Notes: generated by a model from the sequence alone, not told the origin. A stretch of DNA of 64,000 nt from Rhynchobatus australiae (GCA_034780895.1 JAUZTB010000065.1:28516131-28580130); one strand, 5' to 3'. Positions 1 through 14,348 are shown, counted from the stretch's first letter. Translations and numbers: made by a program.

Positions 1-402
1 CAGGTATCCTTGTCAGGCTCACAGAATCTCCTGTCTGTTCCCCTCACTATGGATTCCCCAATAACCACTGCATTTCTCTTTACCTGCTGGACCATGGCAC
101 CTGGTATGGTGCCAATGTCCCATTTGCCATGTTCTTCCTTTGTCAGGTCATCCTGATAAACCAATTTCTGAGGGGGACTGCCAGAGAGGTACTGTCTACA
201 AATTCTTTATAGCTTTTGTCAATCTCCTCCTCACTCTCCCTAACAGCCGAAGGTCATTGAGTTGCAGCTCCAGGTCCCTAACATGTTGCTTGAGGAGCCA
301 CATCTCAATGCGCTTTGCGCAGATGTAGTCCTCAGCAAGGCTGGTAGTCTCCCAGGGTCCCCACATCTGGCACTCCAAACAAAACACTAATCCCAGATGC
401 AT
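1..402 (-). mobile_element. CR1-clade LINE ORF1 remnant (zinc-finger/leucine-zipper and esterase start)
   Basis: Minus frames give CLECQMW...DYICAK...HVRDLELQLNDLR and, at 1-72, AVVIGESIVRGTDRRFC, typical of the CR1 ORF1 zf/lz and GDS esterase motifs. Confidence 0.75.
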
Positions 403-484
403 ACTGCTTATGGTACTGTCTAATGCTACTAAAATAAACTAGTAACTTACCCCCCCTCTATAAATCTCACCTGTTACCTGTTCT

Positions 485-790
485 CTGAGATGTTTCCACT
501 AGTGGGAAATCTTGAACAAGAAGCCATAATTGAAAGATGAGAGGGCAGTCATTTAAAGGTGTAGGGGAAAACTTCTCACTGGGGGTGATAAATCTTTGGA
601 ATTCTCTACCTCTGGAGGATTATGAGGACAAGATCGCTGAGGGTATCTTAAGACCAAGTACACAAATTTTTGAAATACTGGGAAATGTGAGGGTTCAGGA
701 GAGGATAAGAGGTCTTGAGCAGATCAGACGTACTGAATTATGGTGCAGGTTTAAGGGGCTGAGTGGCCTATTCCTGTTCCTACTCTCTGA
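485..790 (+). mobile_element. CR1/HER1-type LINE 3' end remnant
   Basis: Encodes ENFSLGVINLWNSLP (CR1 ORF2 C-terminal motif) followed by the tail ggggctgagtggcctattcctgttcct. Confidence 0.75.
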
Positions 791-1049
791 CGTCCTTTTG
801 CTCTGTTTCTCTTTGGAACAATTTTATAAAACTGGGCTCTGCGACAGGCTTTAAATTTAGGCAGTAAATTCAAAATCACAGGCTAATGCAATACTGTGGT
901 AATGATGATCTTTGTCATGTAAATAAGCAATTGGTTTTGAGAATATACTCAAAAGCAATTATTCCTTTCCATGAACATGCATTGCTAGTTATTTCGATTC
1001 CGTTAATGTGCTTCCCTGGTTCATTCTACCGATGCATAAAATGATCATA

Positions 1050-1461
1050 ATAGAGTGGGGATTGGAAGGAGAAGAAGCTGGCCATCTTCAAGAAAGAAGA
1101 CAAGTCCAATCATGGTGGTTACAGAAAGGCTTCCCCACTGTCTGCAACAGGGAAAGTCACCTCAGGGATCTTCCTCAACCCACCTCCTCACAGGATCTAC
1201 CGTGTTGATTCCAAACATTCTAGTAGTTTATGATGTGATCTTCATTGCAAGACACATCCATGAAAAATATGGGAGAACTGTACCAACCCCCGTAGCAACC
1301 AAAAGTATCCACTTTATCAACTAAGTCAGATTATGGAAAATTCTTCTCAAATTTGCCTGTACTCAGAAATGCATCATCATTCTGTGCCTGTTACAAGAAT
1401 ATACAAACCACAACCTAAAGCAAAAGGTCCACCTCAGACCGAATCACAGTACAGACTGGTC
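1050..1461 (+). mobile_element. RTE-clade LINE reverse transcriptase remnant
   Basis: Broken frames give DVIFIARHIHEKYG (RTE DMIFxxRQLQEKC-like), LWKILLKF and ITVQTG next to the gap. Confidence 0.55.
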
Positions 1462-2179
1462 NNNNNNNNNNNNNNNNNNNNNNNNNNNNNNNNNNNNNNN
1501 NNNNNNNNNNNNNNNNNNNNNNNNNNNNNNNNNNNNNNNNNNNNNNNNNNNNNNNNNNNNNACCCTTGCATTAATCCGTTTCTTGATCTTCCTTGTTGCA
1601 ACACTGCACTTCATTTCCTGCTGGAATGGAGTTTATCTACAGAATATAGGCAACCTCCATAGATATCAAGTAACATGAGTTGAAGAAAGTAATTTAGTAT
1701 TTGGGTTTTATTCTCGAGAGCAAATGTTACTGCATATCTCAAATTTCTGCATGGCAATTTGTGAATTCTGTTTGGGTGAATTTCCATTACACAGACGGCA
1801 GTAATGAGGGGGCCGCCTGTAAACCTTCATCACTTTCACTTCCCTACTGATTATCACCGAAACCAGTCATCAATCTGAGGACACAGATGGCATTTGTGAA
1901 TATGCACATTCACAAGTCGTACTCCAAGTCATTACTGAATTTTTTCACTGGAAGATGAAATGATGAGCTTTAACACTTATGATCTGGACGTTAAAGGTCC
2001 TCCACCAACTTGTCTCCCCGCCCCCCCCAACCCCCCGCACAACATTATTGTCCATCAATGAAGATCCCCAACATAACTTTCCACAAATCAGGAGCCACCT
2101 CTCAACAAGGATAAGTCCTTTCTATAGAAATCTCAATGTCAACTAATAGTCATTGTGTATTGGGAAACTATTCAGGACA

Positions 2180-2600
2180 ACGTTGCAGCAGTTGGTGCTG
2201 CTGCCTCACAGCAACAGGAAACTGGGTTCAAACCTAACTCTGGATGTTCTGTGTGGGTTTCCGCTAGGTGCTCCAGTTTCCTCCCACATCAAGGATGTGC
2301 TACTAGAGCCTCTGCCTCAGAGCTCTAATGTCATGGGTTCGATCCTGATCTCAGGTGCTGTCTGCATGGTGTCTGTCTGTTCTCCTTGTGACCACATGGG
2401 TTTCCCCTGACTGCTCCAGTTTCCTCCCACATCCCATGGTTATGCTAGTAGGTTACTTGGCTGCTGTCAAATATCCTTTACTGTAGATATGAGGCAAAAG
2501 AACCAAAAGGCATAGGAGACAGAATAATTTGGCAGGCTGCAGAAAAACAAGGAAGGGGAAATGGGATTGATGGGATTGCTTTGCTCAGAACACAGACCTG
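2180..2600 (+). mobile_element. Two tandem or nested tRNA-derived V-SINE (HE1-like) copies
   Basis: The head (gcctcacagc...gggttc) and V-domain core (gggtttcc...gctccagtttcctcccacatc) occur twice, at ~2255-2290 and ~2397-2433. Confidence 0.75.
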
Positions 2601-4329
2601 ATGGGTTAAATGGCATAAGTATGCTGGTATTCAAATCTAAATGATCACAGGGAAACCCAATCATTATCTTATCCACAAGAGTGTATTTTACAGTAGAGGT
2701 AAATGACTTCAAATAAGCGATGGAACCCATAATCAATCCTCTCGCTTGTCAAAAGGTGGCCGCAACTTTAATTTTTATTTATTATTGGGATCTGTAGCAT
2801 TTAAGTCTGCAGCAGGGACAAAATGCAGAAACTTCAAATAGCTCAATAAAGGATTTTCTCATTTGCTAGGTACCTATGGTAGATCTTCTGTGGCATTTAA
2901 GTGGAGTCTCAAATCTATATATCCATATTCTATCAGCTTAAGACACTCCATTATATAACAGCTCCTGTGTTTTATAATGTTTCAAAGAGAGAGTGATAAA
3001 TATTGAAATATGCTTGTGCATTTGGCACTGATTAGAATATTTCAGTTATGAACACCATGCAAATAAAACATTTTTACTTGAAAGATTTACACTGCATGAA
3101 ATTGAGAAACATAACCATCTGTAATATAACACAAATGAATAGGAATAGTATCCATGAACTAGATTTCAAAATGAGCAAAAATTTGAAAATGATGAAAGTG
3201 TGATTTATAACAAATTAGCAAATCATACTTGGAAAGTACAATCTTGAATCTGGACACACAGTTCTTGTCATAATTTTTCAACTGATACCCAAAGAATAAT
3301 AGTGACATTCTTTAAAAGTGGATTTAAGCCCAAGCTCTGAGCAAGTAAAATTCATTATCTCAAGACAGAATGCAGCAGATTTACTAAGTGCTTGAAATAA
3401 AGAAAGGAGCATCACAAATATGGGATAAAAAGGTTGAGGACAGGGAGAAAAAGGAAAATAGAGGGTTGTTAGTCCATGGATTCAATGACTGGAGCCAAAT
3501 GTCTCAACCAAAGACAATTATACACATTAGATAGTTAGAGGGTAAGTGAATGAAAGTAAGATAAACCAAACAGGCAAATGCTCTTGTGTAGAAGAGACAC
3601 CAAATGTGACCTGAATAGGCAGAACAAACGGGTTAAAGTGATGCAGATCTAAGAATTAACTTCTATGATGATGGATAAGCAATGGGAAACCTAATCTCAG
3701 CAGTCACTGAACAAAATGAATGCCCTTTGGAAGGCAAGAGGATGAACCATAAGTTTTGAGGATCAATAGAAAGATTAAAACCAAACTAAAAATAAGAAAG
3801 AGATGCAAGACCAAATTTACATACAAGGAACATAAAAGCAGTAGTGGACAAAGAGAAGGAACCAGAAGGATTGAAGATTAATGAATAACGCAACCTGAAA
3901 AGTGGTTCTTAAGCATTCAAAAGGAAAATAAAGTCAAAAGAGAGAGTCCAATCAGAATTGAAGTGTGTCCAATTGTTGTGGATGAAGGTATGGAGGAGTT
4001 TTTGCATCAAAAATTTGTTTGCCTTTTTTTTTAAACAAATGTAGGGTACAGGCATTCTGGAGAAGGAAATGGAAATACTGAAGTGCTGAAATGAAAATAT
4101 AATAATGAATCTTCATGTCTCCAGGACAACCCAAAATGTTTCCCTGAATTAATTTTGTTTACAAGACAGCCTGTATTGTAGAGATATGCCACAGCCAATT
4201 AGCATATTGATAACTCTCACATATTGCATTGTAGAATCAGAATTCTCAGATGCATACACAAAGTGCATACACATTTGGAGACTCAGAACTCCCACACTAT
4301 GTTATATTCACACAGTTCAAATACTGGGC

Positions 4330-4520
4330 AAGTCACAGGAAGAGTTTCCCTTCACTTTTTAAAACCATGGCACAGGATACCTCACTTTAACTTTTAATCT
4401 GAAAGGCAACTTTGTCAGCTATTCAGAACCTTTTAATACTGTACTGACATGCCACTCTAAATTATGCCCTCAAATTCAGCGCTGCAACCTACTCCCAGTG
4501 AAGTGTCACTTGTGCAAAGC
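4330..4520 (-). mobile_element. Degenerate Deu-domain SINE (SacSINE1/AmnSINE1-like)
   Basis: tctgaaaggcaac...tactgtactgacatgccactctaaattatgccctcaa resembles the recalled Deu core (tccgaaagacggcac...tactgcactggagtgtcagcctagattatgtgctcaa). Confidence 0.45.
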
Positions 4521-4639
4521 TAATTAATCATTACAAAGTCAGCGACCAGAAAGCAGATAGGTCCTCAGAGCATGACAATCCAATATGGAAACAGCCCTGG
4601 TTACAATTTCTGAACCCTCCTTCAATGGGCAAATGGTGC

Positions 4640-5812
4640 CATGGGACTGAAACACAGCCAACATTAGAATCCATAATCTGAGTTAAGCAATGGACGTTCA
4701 TATATTAAAAGGTTAATTGGAGATGGTCAACTTTGTTAAAGGCAATTTCTTGACAACTTTGAGTCTTGTGACAAAATAATTGGATAAACAAAAGATGCCA
4801 ATGGATGCATATATGGATTTCAGAAAACATTTAGTAAGGGTCCCCACAAATGGTTGTTAGCAAGATTTGAGATTGAGTGTAAAAATATCATGGATAACAA
4901 GTCAGTTGACAGACCAAAAAAAATAGCATTTATGGACATTGCTTGGATTACAGCATAGTGTCAGGTGAACTTTGAACCATTTGAAATTTTCCTCAAAGAT
5001 GCCATACACTCTTTAAATTCAGGAAAAAATATAAAGATAAATCTAAGTTTCAGGAGAGCTGTTGAAGCCTTTAGGATGGCAGATTAGGTACTACACAAAA
5101 TGTTATTGCACAAATGAAGTACTCATGGTACAAGGATAATTTACTAGCATGAACAGGGAATTGGCACAACATATAGTTAGGATAAATAGATCACTTTCAG
5201 GTTGGTGCACTGCAGTTAGTGGGTTGCCAAAGGGGTCAGTGTTGGGACTTCAGTTTGTACACTTTTTAATAACTTTGCGAAGGACTGAGTGAATCGAAGT
5301 CGAATTTTCTAACCATACAAAGATGGGTAGGAAAGTGAGCCGAGAATGGCATAAAGCTTGCAAAGCAAGATAAACAGGTTAGCTGAGAGAGTAAACATTT
5401 TGCACACAGAACATCAAGTTGGGAAATGTGAGGTTGTACACTTTGGTAGACAGAACAAGAAAGCAGAATACCGTTTACAGAGAGACTACCAAATGCAGAG
5501 GGAAATGCGTGCCTTTGTATGTGAAGCATCAAGTTATCGCTCAGGTACAGGAAGGCAAGTAGAAATTTATACTTTAGTTGGTGGCTCGAGTATAATAGTA
5601 GGGAAATTTTGTCACAGTTGTATAGCAATTATAGATTTTTGGTCTCTTTATTTAGAGAGATATTATTTGCATTGAAGTCTGTTCAAAGAAGGTTCACTCG
5701 TTGGATTCCTGGGACAAAGGGATTGTCTCATGGGGAAAAGTTAAGCCATTTGAACCAGAGTCATTGGAATTGAGCACAAAATGAGGTGATATTAATGAAA
5801 CATACAATCCAA
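4640..5812 (+). mobile_element. Decayed CR1 LINE ORF2 (RT) fragment
   Basis: Motifs in broken frames: YMDFRKHLVRVPH-like (YLDFxKAFDKVPH), GLPKGSVLG (GVPQGSVLGP), KCEVVHFGR and LKSVQRRFTR. Confidence 0.75.
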
Positions 5813-8800
5813 GTATTCATGTGGTCATGAATNNNNNNNNNNNNNNNNNNNNNNNNNNNNNNNNNNNNNNNNNNNNNNNNNNNNNNNNNNNNNNNNNNNN
5901 NNNNNNNNNNNNNNNNNNNNNNNNNNNNNNNNNNNNNNNNNNNNNNNNNNNNNNNNNNNNNNNNNNNNNNNNNNNNNNNNNNNNNNNNNNNNNNNNNNNN
6001 NNNNNNNNNNNNNNNNNNNNNNNNNNNNNNNNNNNNNNNNNNNNNNNNNNNNNNNNNNNNNNNNNNNNNNNNNNNNNNNNNNNNNNNNNNNNNNNNNNNN
6101 NNNNNNNNNNNNNNNNNNNNNNNNNNNNNNNNNAAAGGTAATGGGAACAGCAAAATCAGATCAACAATTATCTTATTGCAGGGCATAGTCAGCACAAGAA
6201 GCCTACCCATGCTCCAGTTTCTTACATTATGTCCTTTGAGGTTAATTGAATCAGTAGACACAAGATTTGTGCAATTAAACTTGGATTTCCATGCAGCAGA
6301 GCATGTGGAGAAAACCAAAATAGGCATATATCCTCAGAAGGAAATGAAACATAGATGAACAGAATCACAAATGTCAAATATATAATTCCTTTGTAGTGAA
6401 AAAGTATATGTATAGAAGTACTTAAGAAGACTGACATCTTGGATTTATGACAATTCAGGCTTAGAAGATTTAAAACAATTTAAAAAAAGCTTGAAAGAGC
6501 AAAAACTACTTCCTTTGTATCACTCAGCTACCTATGACTCCCTAAATTGCAAGAGTTCAAATTTCAAAAGCTGCAAAGTGTTTTACAACACATTAAAGTT
6601 GAAAAACATGTTATGTAAATGCCAAATAGATTGGGAACGCAGGGAAGAAGCACTGTGGATTTAAAATAGTCAAAGACAGAGTTGGGAACAGAATTTATGG
6701 AAGGATGAGGGTAACATCACTTCATCCTTAAAAGGGAAAATAGTTGAAACAGGGAGCAGCAGAATCCTCGGGGAATGCAGTACAGAATACTTGCATTTCA
6801 TTGTTTTAGCAAAGAGCCATCAAAGATACAAAGGACCAAATGGCCTCTTCCTATGCTGCCAGCTTCCAAGGTTTAAAACTCTTGAAACACTATGGAAGAA
6901 AATGGCTCCTTCTCAATTTCTTGGTATATATACAAAATAAAATTTCTTTCCTGTCCAAAATTAATCACAGTACAGGGCAGTGTTTTTCTGTTATGAGCAG
7001 AGACAGAAAACTGCGTTTCCGATCTATTACAAATGCATTGGAGCTAACTGCCAAGTACAAGAGGTAATAAGAAAACTATTTGCCCAGGAATTCAATCCAA
7101 CATCAAAAGTGACTGATTATTTTGCATTACTGCCCTAAGCCACCCCCCCTCATAAAGGGCTGCAAATGACATAAACTGATAATCATTCCCTCTTCAATAT
7201 TAAATCTCACAGCAATGTAAAGTTCTCCATTTAGTAAATGATCAAACGTTTAAAGCTGAGAAAATCAACTTCAAATGCCAGAGAGGAGCAGATAAAACAA
7301 CCCACGACTCCCAAAGTTGCAGCAATTTCAAACAATAAAAGGACAATTTANNNNNNCCAGTAAGATGCAGTGGTGGAATTACATGATTGGAGGATGGTTG
7401 CATGCAATTTTTTTGCATTAAATGAATCTTAGTCACCAGGTTGAATTAACCAAGCATCTCAACTCTGGCTGGGAATAGCATGACTTCAATTAGTAAGACA
7501 ATATACAATTCCCAGCCAGAGTGTGGATAACTGAGTGCTTCCTCAGTTGACCAGACCTGTTCACCATAGTAAATGACTGGCGTGTTTCCTCTGTTGTTTG
7601 CAAAAGCCTACTCACCTCAAACACATTAGCTAACACTCCATGATCAACAGACATTGTATGGCTATTATCTGATATAGCTAGTTTTTATTACTATGTTGCC
7701 AACTATTTTTCCTTAGGCCCTTTTTTGGTATTTTTAATTATTCAAAACTAAATGAAATTGTCAAAAAAATGCCTTTTTCAAGGAAAAAGTTGGAAATCTG
7801 AAATAAAATGCTAAAAGCATTCAGATCAAGCAGCATCTGTTGAAAGAAATAGAGTTAAATGTTTCAGGTTTAAGGCCCTTTCATAATGTTTTATAGTCTA
7901 AAGGCTACCTTAACAAACAATTTCATTTTAACATTTTATAATTAGCAACTGGTTAAAAAGATAAATAAAGTAAAACACTATGGGGATAGAGTTTACCTTG
8001 AGCAATTAAATGGATCAGTAAGAATCAATATAACTGGCAATGCTTAAATCCATGTTGTATAGGAACTTGGACAAGCACTTAAACTTCTTCAGATTAACAG
8101 TAAATCAGAAAAACAAATACACATCAACTATTTGTTGATTTAATGTACAATTCATGAGTATTTAAAATAAAAATAACAAAATGAAAACAGAATACAATTA
8201 ACACCACGCAGGTCCTGCTGCATCTTTAAAGACAAACAATTGGTTAATGTTTCATGCCAATGACCTGTCATCAAAATTAGTTCACTTTCTGGAGATGCTG
8301 CTTGACGTACTGGATGCTGCAGGCATTTTGTTATCATCATCAAATTCATGAAGGACTTTAGCTTTAGTATGTACAGCGATGGGCTAGCTGTACCTACACC
8401 TAAACCTAAACCAGTAGTGCTGCTGGCACTTGGAATCATCCTTTTGAGGCAGTCACAAAGAATCAAACATTGCAGAGTAGGAAGCTATCTCAATACAAGA
8501 AACATATCAATTAGCAAGAACTTATCTTTAAAAAGCAACTAACAGAAACTAATCAAGCTGAAGGGGATATCAAAAAGCAAAAATGTGAAATGAAAAATGT
8601 TATGTCCTTTCATAATGTCAGTGACCACATGTTGGTACATTTGGAAGAAAACTGAAAAATACTTCACGAGCACTTTGTAGAAAATCTATGCAATGAAACA
8701 TTGAGGACTCTTCAACAAAAAGCTCTTCAATTTAAAAACAAAAAGGCTGTTGAAAATCTACTTAATTGAGTTTTATATCAAGGAATACAGAACAAAAATG

Positions 8801-9845
8801 AATGTGTAATATTAACAATGAATCTATGTGATCTATGGACAAAATACAACAGTATTTGCAATTTTCAGTTCCACACTAAATGGAAAGCAAAAGCAGGGAA
8901 ATTATGCAGATTCCTTAGGATACTAAATGATACTAGCAAAGTCTGGAAACTGGATGGACATATGGAATTAGGATTCTGACCTGCATAGGGGAAGGAGACT
9001 AAATAGAATAGTGAGCAGAGTGAAGCAAGTATGCCTTGATCTACTGCCATGTTTCTATTTATGATGTACTTTGGTACATTTTATTGTGCTACATAAATGC
9101 AATTCATCTTTTTATTGTTTTGCAATAATCTTTCCATGCTAATTAGCCATATATATTAGGCTGTCAATTAACTTGGACTGCTGCAATGTGATGAATACAC
9201 CTCAAATTAATATATTATATTTTAACATCTTTGCTGTTTAAGAGCAAGAACATGGAAAAAATGAAAAAGTACTCTAATATTGCTTTTTTTAAAAAAAAGA
9301 TTAATCACATACCCAAACGGGATGAATTCTGACCCACTACAAAGTCTTCAAGGCTCCAAAGAAATGCACAGCAGCAATTGCCTTGCTTCAGTGGTTTGCG
9401 TAGAACCCAAGCCACAACTTATTACGGCCAAGGACCAATCTACCAAATGTAGCAGGTATAGCTGTACACAGCTGTATAGCTCCCCCCTTCTTCATTCCAG
9501 TTAAACAGTTAGGCAGAGGTGGACGTGAAGACAAGATTTATCCTGAGGACAAGATTAATGCAGTGTCCATCTTAAAGTTGATAAGCATAAGATTAAGTTG
9601 GTAAAAACACAAATTCATAATGGATAACCTTGATGGAGATGATCATCGTACCTGTCCTGTAGCTTGTCATTGATTTAATGAATATTGTTGATAGACTCAA
9701 TTTAATTCAGAGGGGTGAATCTGGGGAGAACAGGTTACAACTAAGTGGGGGAAGGGGATTGCTCTGAGCCAGCATAGACTTGATGAACCAAATGGCCACC
9801 TCCTTTGCAGTAAGGAGATATGAAAATATATAGAAATGAGTGATT

Positions 9846-9930
9846 ATTGGTATTGGTTTATTATTGTCACTTGTACTGAGGTACAGTGAAAAGCTTGTCA
9901 AACAGATTGTACAGGTCAATTCATTACACC
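9846..9930 (-). mobile_element. Rex1/Babar-type LINE 3' tail
   Basis: attggtattggtttattattgtcacttgtactgaggtacagtgaaaagcttg is the reverse complement of a tail with a short-repeat end of the type I recall from ray genomes. Confidence 0.55.
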
Positions 9931-12900
9931 CACAAAGAAGTGTCACAAGTGGGACCCAAGTTGATGGAATACTTGTGCACTTGCCATCCAGAACCAAAGA
10001 TACTCGAAAAGCAGAATGTGGTTTCTGGTTTGTGCAGCCTGTGAATACACAGTTCATCACCTTCTAATCTGACTTGTTCCAGTTATATTGTTGGCCTACA
10101 CAGTCAAGTGATCCTTTCACTTAATGACTGCATTCACAGCTCTGAGATGAAAGATAAGATATTTAAACCTGAATGTGGATAATCCAGGTGTGCAGAAATT
10201 TGATCAGGTCTGGGTTAACATCAAGATGGACAATAAAACCCAGTAGATAGATCATTCCTATTCAACAGATTATGGGAGCCAGAACAGGCTCCAACCATTA
10301 TAAAACTAACCATCTTATTGACTAGCCTAAACATTGAAAGATGCAGAAGTCCCCAGCTCAGGCATCTTGAAAATTCATTGATCAAAATTTGGATCTTATT
10401 CTATTCAGATGTTCTTTGTGATTTTTTGGATGTATCAACTAATCTCCCCAAAATAAATATTTTGGATAAAGTTTTAACTTAATTATATTGCAATTTTCAA
10501 GTTGCAAAATAATTAATATATTTTGTAGTTTCATTTAAAGATTTAATTCTTCACATAACACAGTGGAAATCTTAAGGTCAGTCCTGAACAAACAACGAAT
10601 TGGTCACGAACACCAATAACTCAATTATTTTGGATTTGTATCTCAAATTTAGTGGCTGTTGAAAGTTTCTATCCATACAATAAAACCACAGTTGTGAAGA
10701 CACTGCACACCACTTACATTCTTTATCTGTTTTTGACAAAATCTAATTATATACTAGGATTACACAAAATCCTGAAAACACCGAGCTTGTACCTTTCCAA
10801 GCGCAGAACTTTCAAATGTCAGAAGAGGTATTAAATTCATTTTGATCTTAAATGTATTTAAAAGTTATCAAATTTTTATAAACTAATCAAATTTAACTCA
10901 AATTTCAAATCCTTTTGATAAATTTATTCTCTCACCTTGTATTCATGAAATTTACTATGAACACGAGATATGCTACAGTACAAGACCTTGGGGGAAAGCA
11001 AATTATCTGCATTTTCCATATTCAGGTACATTAACCCTTTTGTAAGTCACACAATGATGCTACTAAAGTAAATGCTGACTGAAGTGATAAAATTAACCAA
11101 AATCAATGTTGCTTTGAAAGTGCTTTTTGGTAAGGCAGAAAGGGTATCTCATGACTATCCATGAATTATGTCAGTAAATATTAGCTGGGCACTGAAAAAA
11201 TTTAAAATAAAAATGTTTCTTACTATTCTCGTTTCACAGAATAAGGAATTCCATCCCGGGGAGTGGAATATTTATTTTAATTTGATATTAAAAGAGCCTT
11301 AAATCCGGGACATTACGTAAGGATAGAAGGACATTGCCCAATGTGCCTTTCTTTCACCTTTAAAGCAGACATCTAGTGTAGTTTTCCCTAATTCCATTCC
11401 AGAGTTCTCAAGAGCCTGAAATTTTAGTGCCAATTATGTCAAATAATGTTCAGTTTTAATTCCCAATAGTGACTGGTAAAAAAATGTTGGTCCTCAAGAC
11501 TGTTTGTTTTCTTAATTAAATACCAGCATAGAGAGTAGAGGGAAAAAGCCCCAAATAAACCTAAACTGCCTCCAGCAAAATGACCAGTTTGACTTCATGA
11601 TCCCTGGAGAACTGCCCATCAACTCGTAACAGTGGAAAAATACATTCCATAACAAAATAATCTTCAAAACCGTGGAAAAGTAATACAAATTCAGGAAAGA
11701 AAAATGTCTTTCTGGAATCATACTCTACAAAATCTACATCAAGTACAATCTGAAAAGCATTACAATGTAATCATTTAAAATAATACTCACGTGTAACATT
11801 TTAAAAATGCTTCAGATCTATAACCTGAACAGTTCTGTCACACATGCATTTAATTGCGTTATCCATCATATCCAGTTTGTAATGTTATCTAGTGCTACTT
11901 GACTTCCTCTACTTGTATTTCCATAGCAACTACCAACACCAATGAAAATGAGGCAGAGAATACATACCCCAACCTACCACAAAGATTAAATTCCCTGGAT
12001 TACACAGTTTTTTTTAAACAAACAATACTTGAAATGTTCACAAAAATTGATGCATTTCCAAAGGAAGATTTTGCACAAATAATCCAAAAGAAAGCTTTTC
12101 AACAGTGAAGAAATAACTGCAGCAAGTGCAAAAAAAAATCAAAGCTGGCACATTTGAAAGTGAGACTGGAAACATGCCGAGATGTTAAATAATCACAAGC
12201 AGCAGTAACTGAACAACCAGGATCTTCAACAGCAACAACTGAAGACATCAGTACGAGTAACCTCATCAAGAAGCATTCCAACAAGCAAATTATGTTGCAT
12301 TCAGACATAATTTGCACATGTCAGGCAACAGGAAAATATTTATAAATCTTGAAATAAATGTCAAGCAAATTAGATTAAAGCTAAACCAAGAGTACATAGC
12401 ACAAACAAAATCAATTATAATCAGGAAGCAAGAGAGACCAGGAACCTTTGAACAGGATGAGAGATGTAGCAACATGTCCCTCACCAGAAATGCCAAAAAA
12501 TGTTTCATGATACAAAAAGCAATTAAGAAAATGCAATTAAATGCAAAAGAACACAAATACACAGCTTAACACAGATCCACCCCAAATCCATGAACTCAGC
12601 AGAATTTTCACAGCACTGCACACCATTTGTGAGTATCATTCGCACTTAATCTGCTTTTGACAACATCTAATTTTGTCTACATTAGATAAACAATTTTGTT
12701 TTACAGCATGAGAATTTTTGAATAGAAGTTCGCACAGCATTGCGATGTTGAATAACCAACCCCAGGTGGTTTTTCTGTATGGTTTCTTTGTAATATGCAA
12801 ATCTGGCTCCCCAGATTAACACAAGAGTAAGTCTTTAACTAATTGTTAAATAGGCTGAAATATCTCAAGTATATATTGTGCTAAAGACTAAGAATGACAT

Positions 12901-13959
12901 TTTTTTCCATGCATAATCAAATAAATCAGCTCGTTGAAAGTCCCTGAAAGTTCTGATACAATTCAAATACCTGAGATGCTGAACGAAAATCAGGAAAGAT
13001 GACCTGGGAAGGCTACGAAGGAGAACATTTCACAACATTATTGTCAAAACCAAGGAAGAAAGAGATAAGCATTTCAACGTGCAAAAACTGGAGTACACTG
13101 GCACCCCATTTAGTGCTATCCCACAGAGTGAAGCTTTGTTATAACACATTTGGTCTTGGAGTCCAAATAATCACAGGTATATACCTCACTGTACTCAAGA
13201 CATCTGCTCAGCCTATGTGCTGTTGTGCCAGTAACCTGGAGCTCCCACAGCTATGAAAGGGGAGCTCATTGCCATATGGTTNNNNNNNNNNNNNNNNNNN
13301 NNNNNNNNNNNNNNNNNNNNNNNNNNNNNNNNNNNNNNNNNNNNNNNNNNNNNNNNNNNNNNNNNNNNNNNNNNNNNNNNNTATGGTTTGGTGTAGAGTG
13401 AGGCACCAAGACAACATGCAGATGCTGGCTGTGAAAGCAGGGGTGAGCAATACAGCACCGCATGATGGCTGGTGTGGTGATTGTAATGGATGTGATGGAA
13501 ACTGCCATCTTCCCCTCTTTGGCTGCACAGCCATGCAATGAGAAACTCCAAAAGACCTGGACGGCCTGTCAACATATGGAGCGGCTAAAAAATTAGTGCG
13601 CCAAAGATCACTTCAACTGTTTCATTATTGCAGGAGCTGCAATGAATGACTGAACCCTGAACCAGATTCTCAGCACTGCTTTAGTGGGTAGGGCAGGGGA
13701 TCACATTAGGTTCCCAGTGCAACAGTACCTTCAGTCACAGATTTCTCCAGATATTATGGCCCCTTTTATCACCAATTGAATGCATCCTTCATACCAAGCA
13801 AGGTACCAGTGCGAGGAGATCTTAAGATGGAAGGTGACATGTTGTTTGCTATGGAATCACCCCAGGATTTTGCAATATTCTCTTCCTGTGCTGCTCCTCT
13901 GCAATATCTTAAAATGACACAATCTCAATTTCCCCATTCACACTGACAATACCTCACCA

Positions 13960-14348
13960 ATGCTCACTTTCAACTAAATATCAGAAAAAAACAAAACCAT
14001 TATCTTTGACTCCCATTATAAACTACATTTCCTAGCCATCAAATCCATGCCCATCCCTTGGAATTAACTGCAATTCTGCCTTTTGATCCTTCATCTGAAA
14101 CTGTAGGCCACCTGGCTCTTCAAGCCTGTTCTGCAATTCAATTTGATCAAGGTTCTTCAAATCCAGTCACTTTAGCACCAGCTGTTGGGTCTTCAACTTT
14201 TCAGATCCTAGGTTCTGCCATCTTTAACCTTCATCTCTCTATTTTCTTTCAATTTTCCTTTTTTTTTTGATATGATGCCTGCCATGGAACTTAGGACATT
14301 ATCTGACATTACAATTATTATATAAATGCATGTTACTGTTCTTGTTGT
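13960..14348 (+). mobile_element. Degenerate L2-type LINE 3' fragment
   Basis: Pyrimidine-rich decayed body ending tatataaatgcatgttactgttcttgttg, resembling the L2/Deu-type tail. Confidence 0.4.

Noticed and set aside
2180-2240. tRNA gene
   Set aside because: Only a degenerate tRNA-derived SINE head with no cloverleaf; the same applies to the other SINE copies.
5761-6327. Long ORFs containing X runs (also at 21.3, 44.5, 47.4 and 50.8 kb)
   Set aside because: Artefacts of translating through N gaps.
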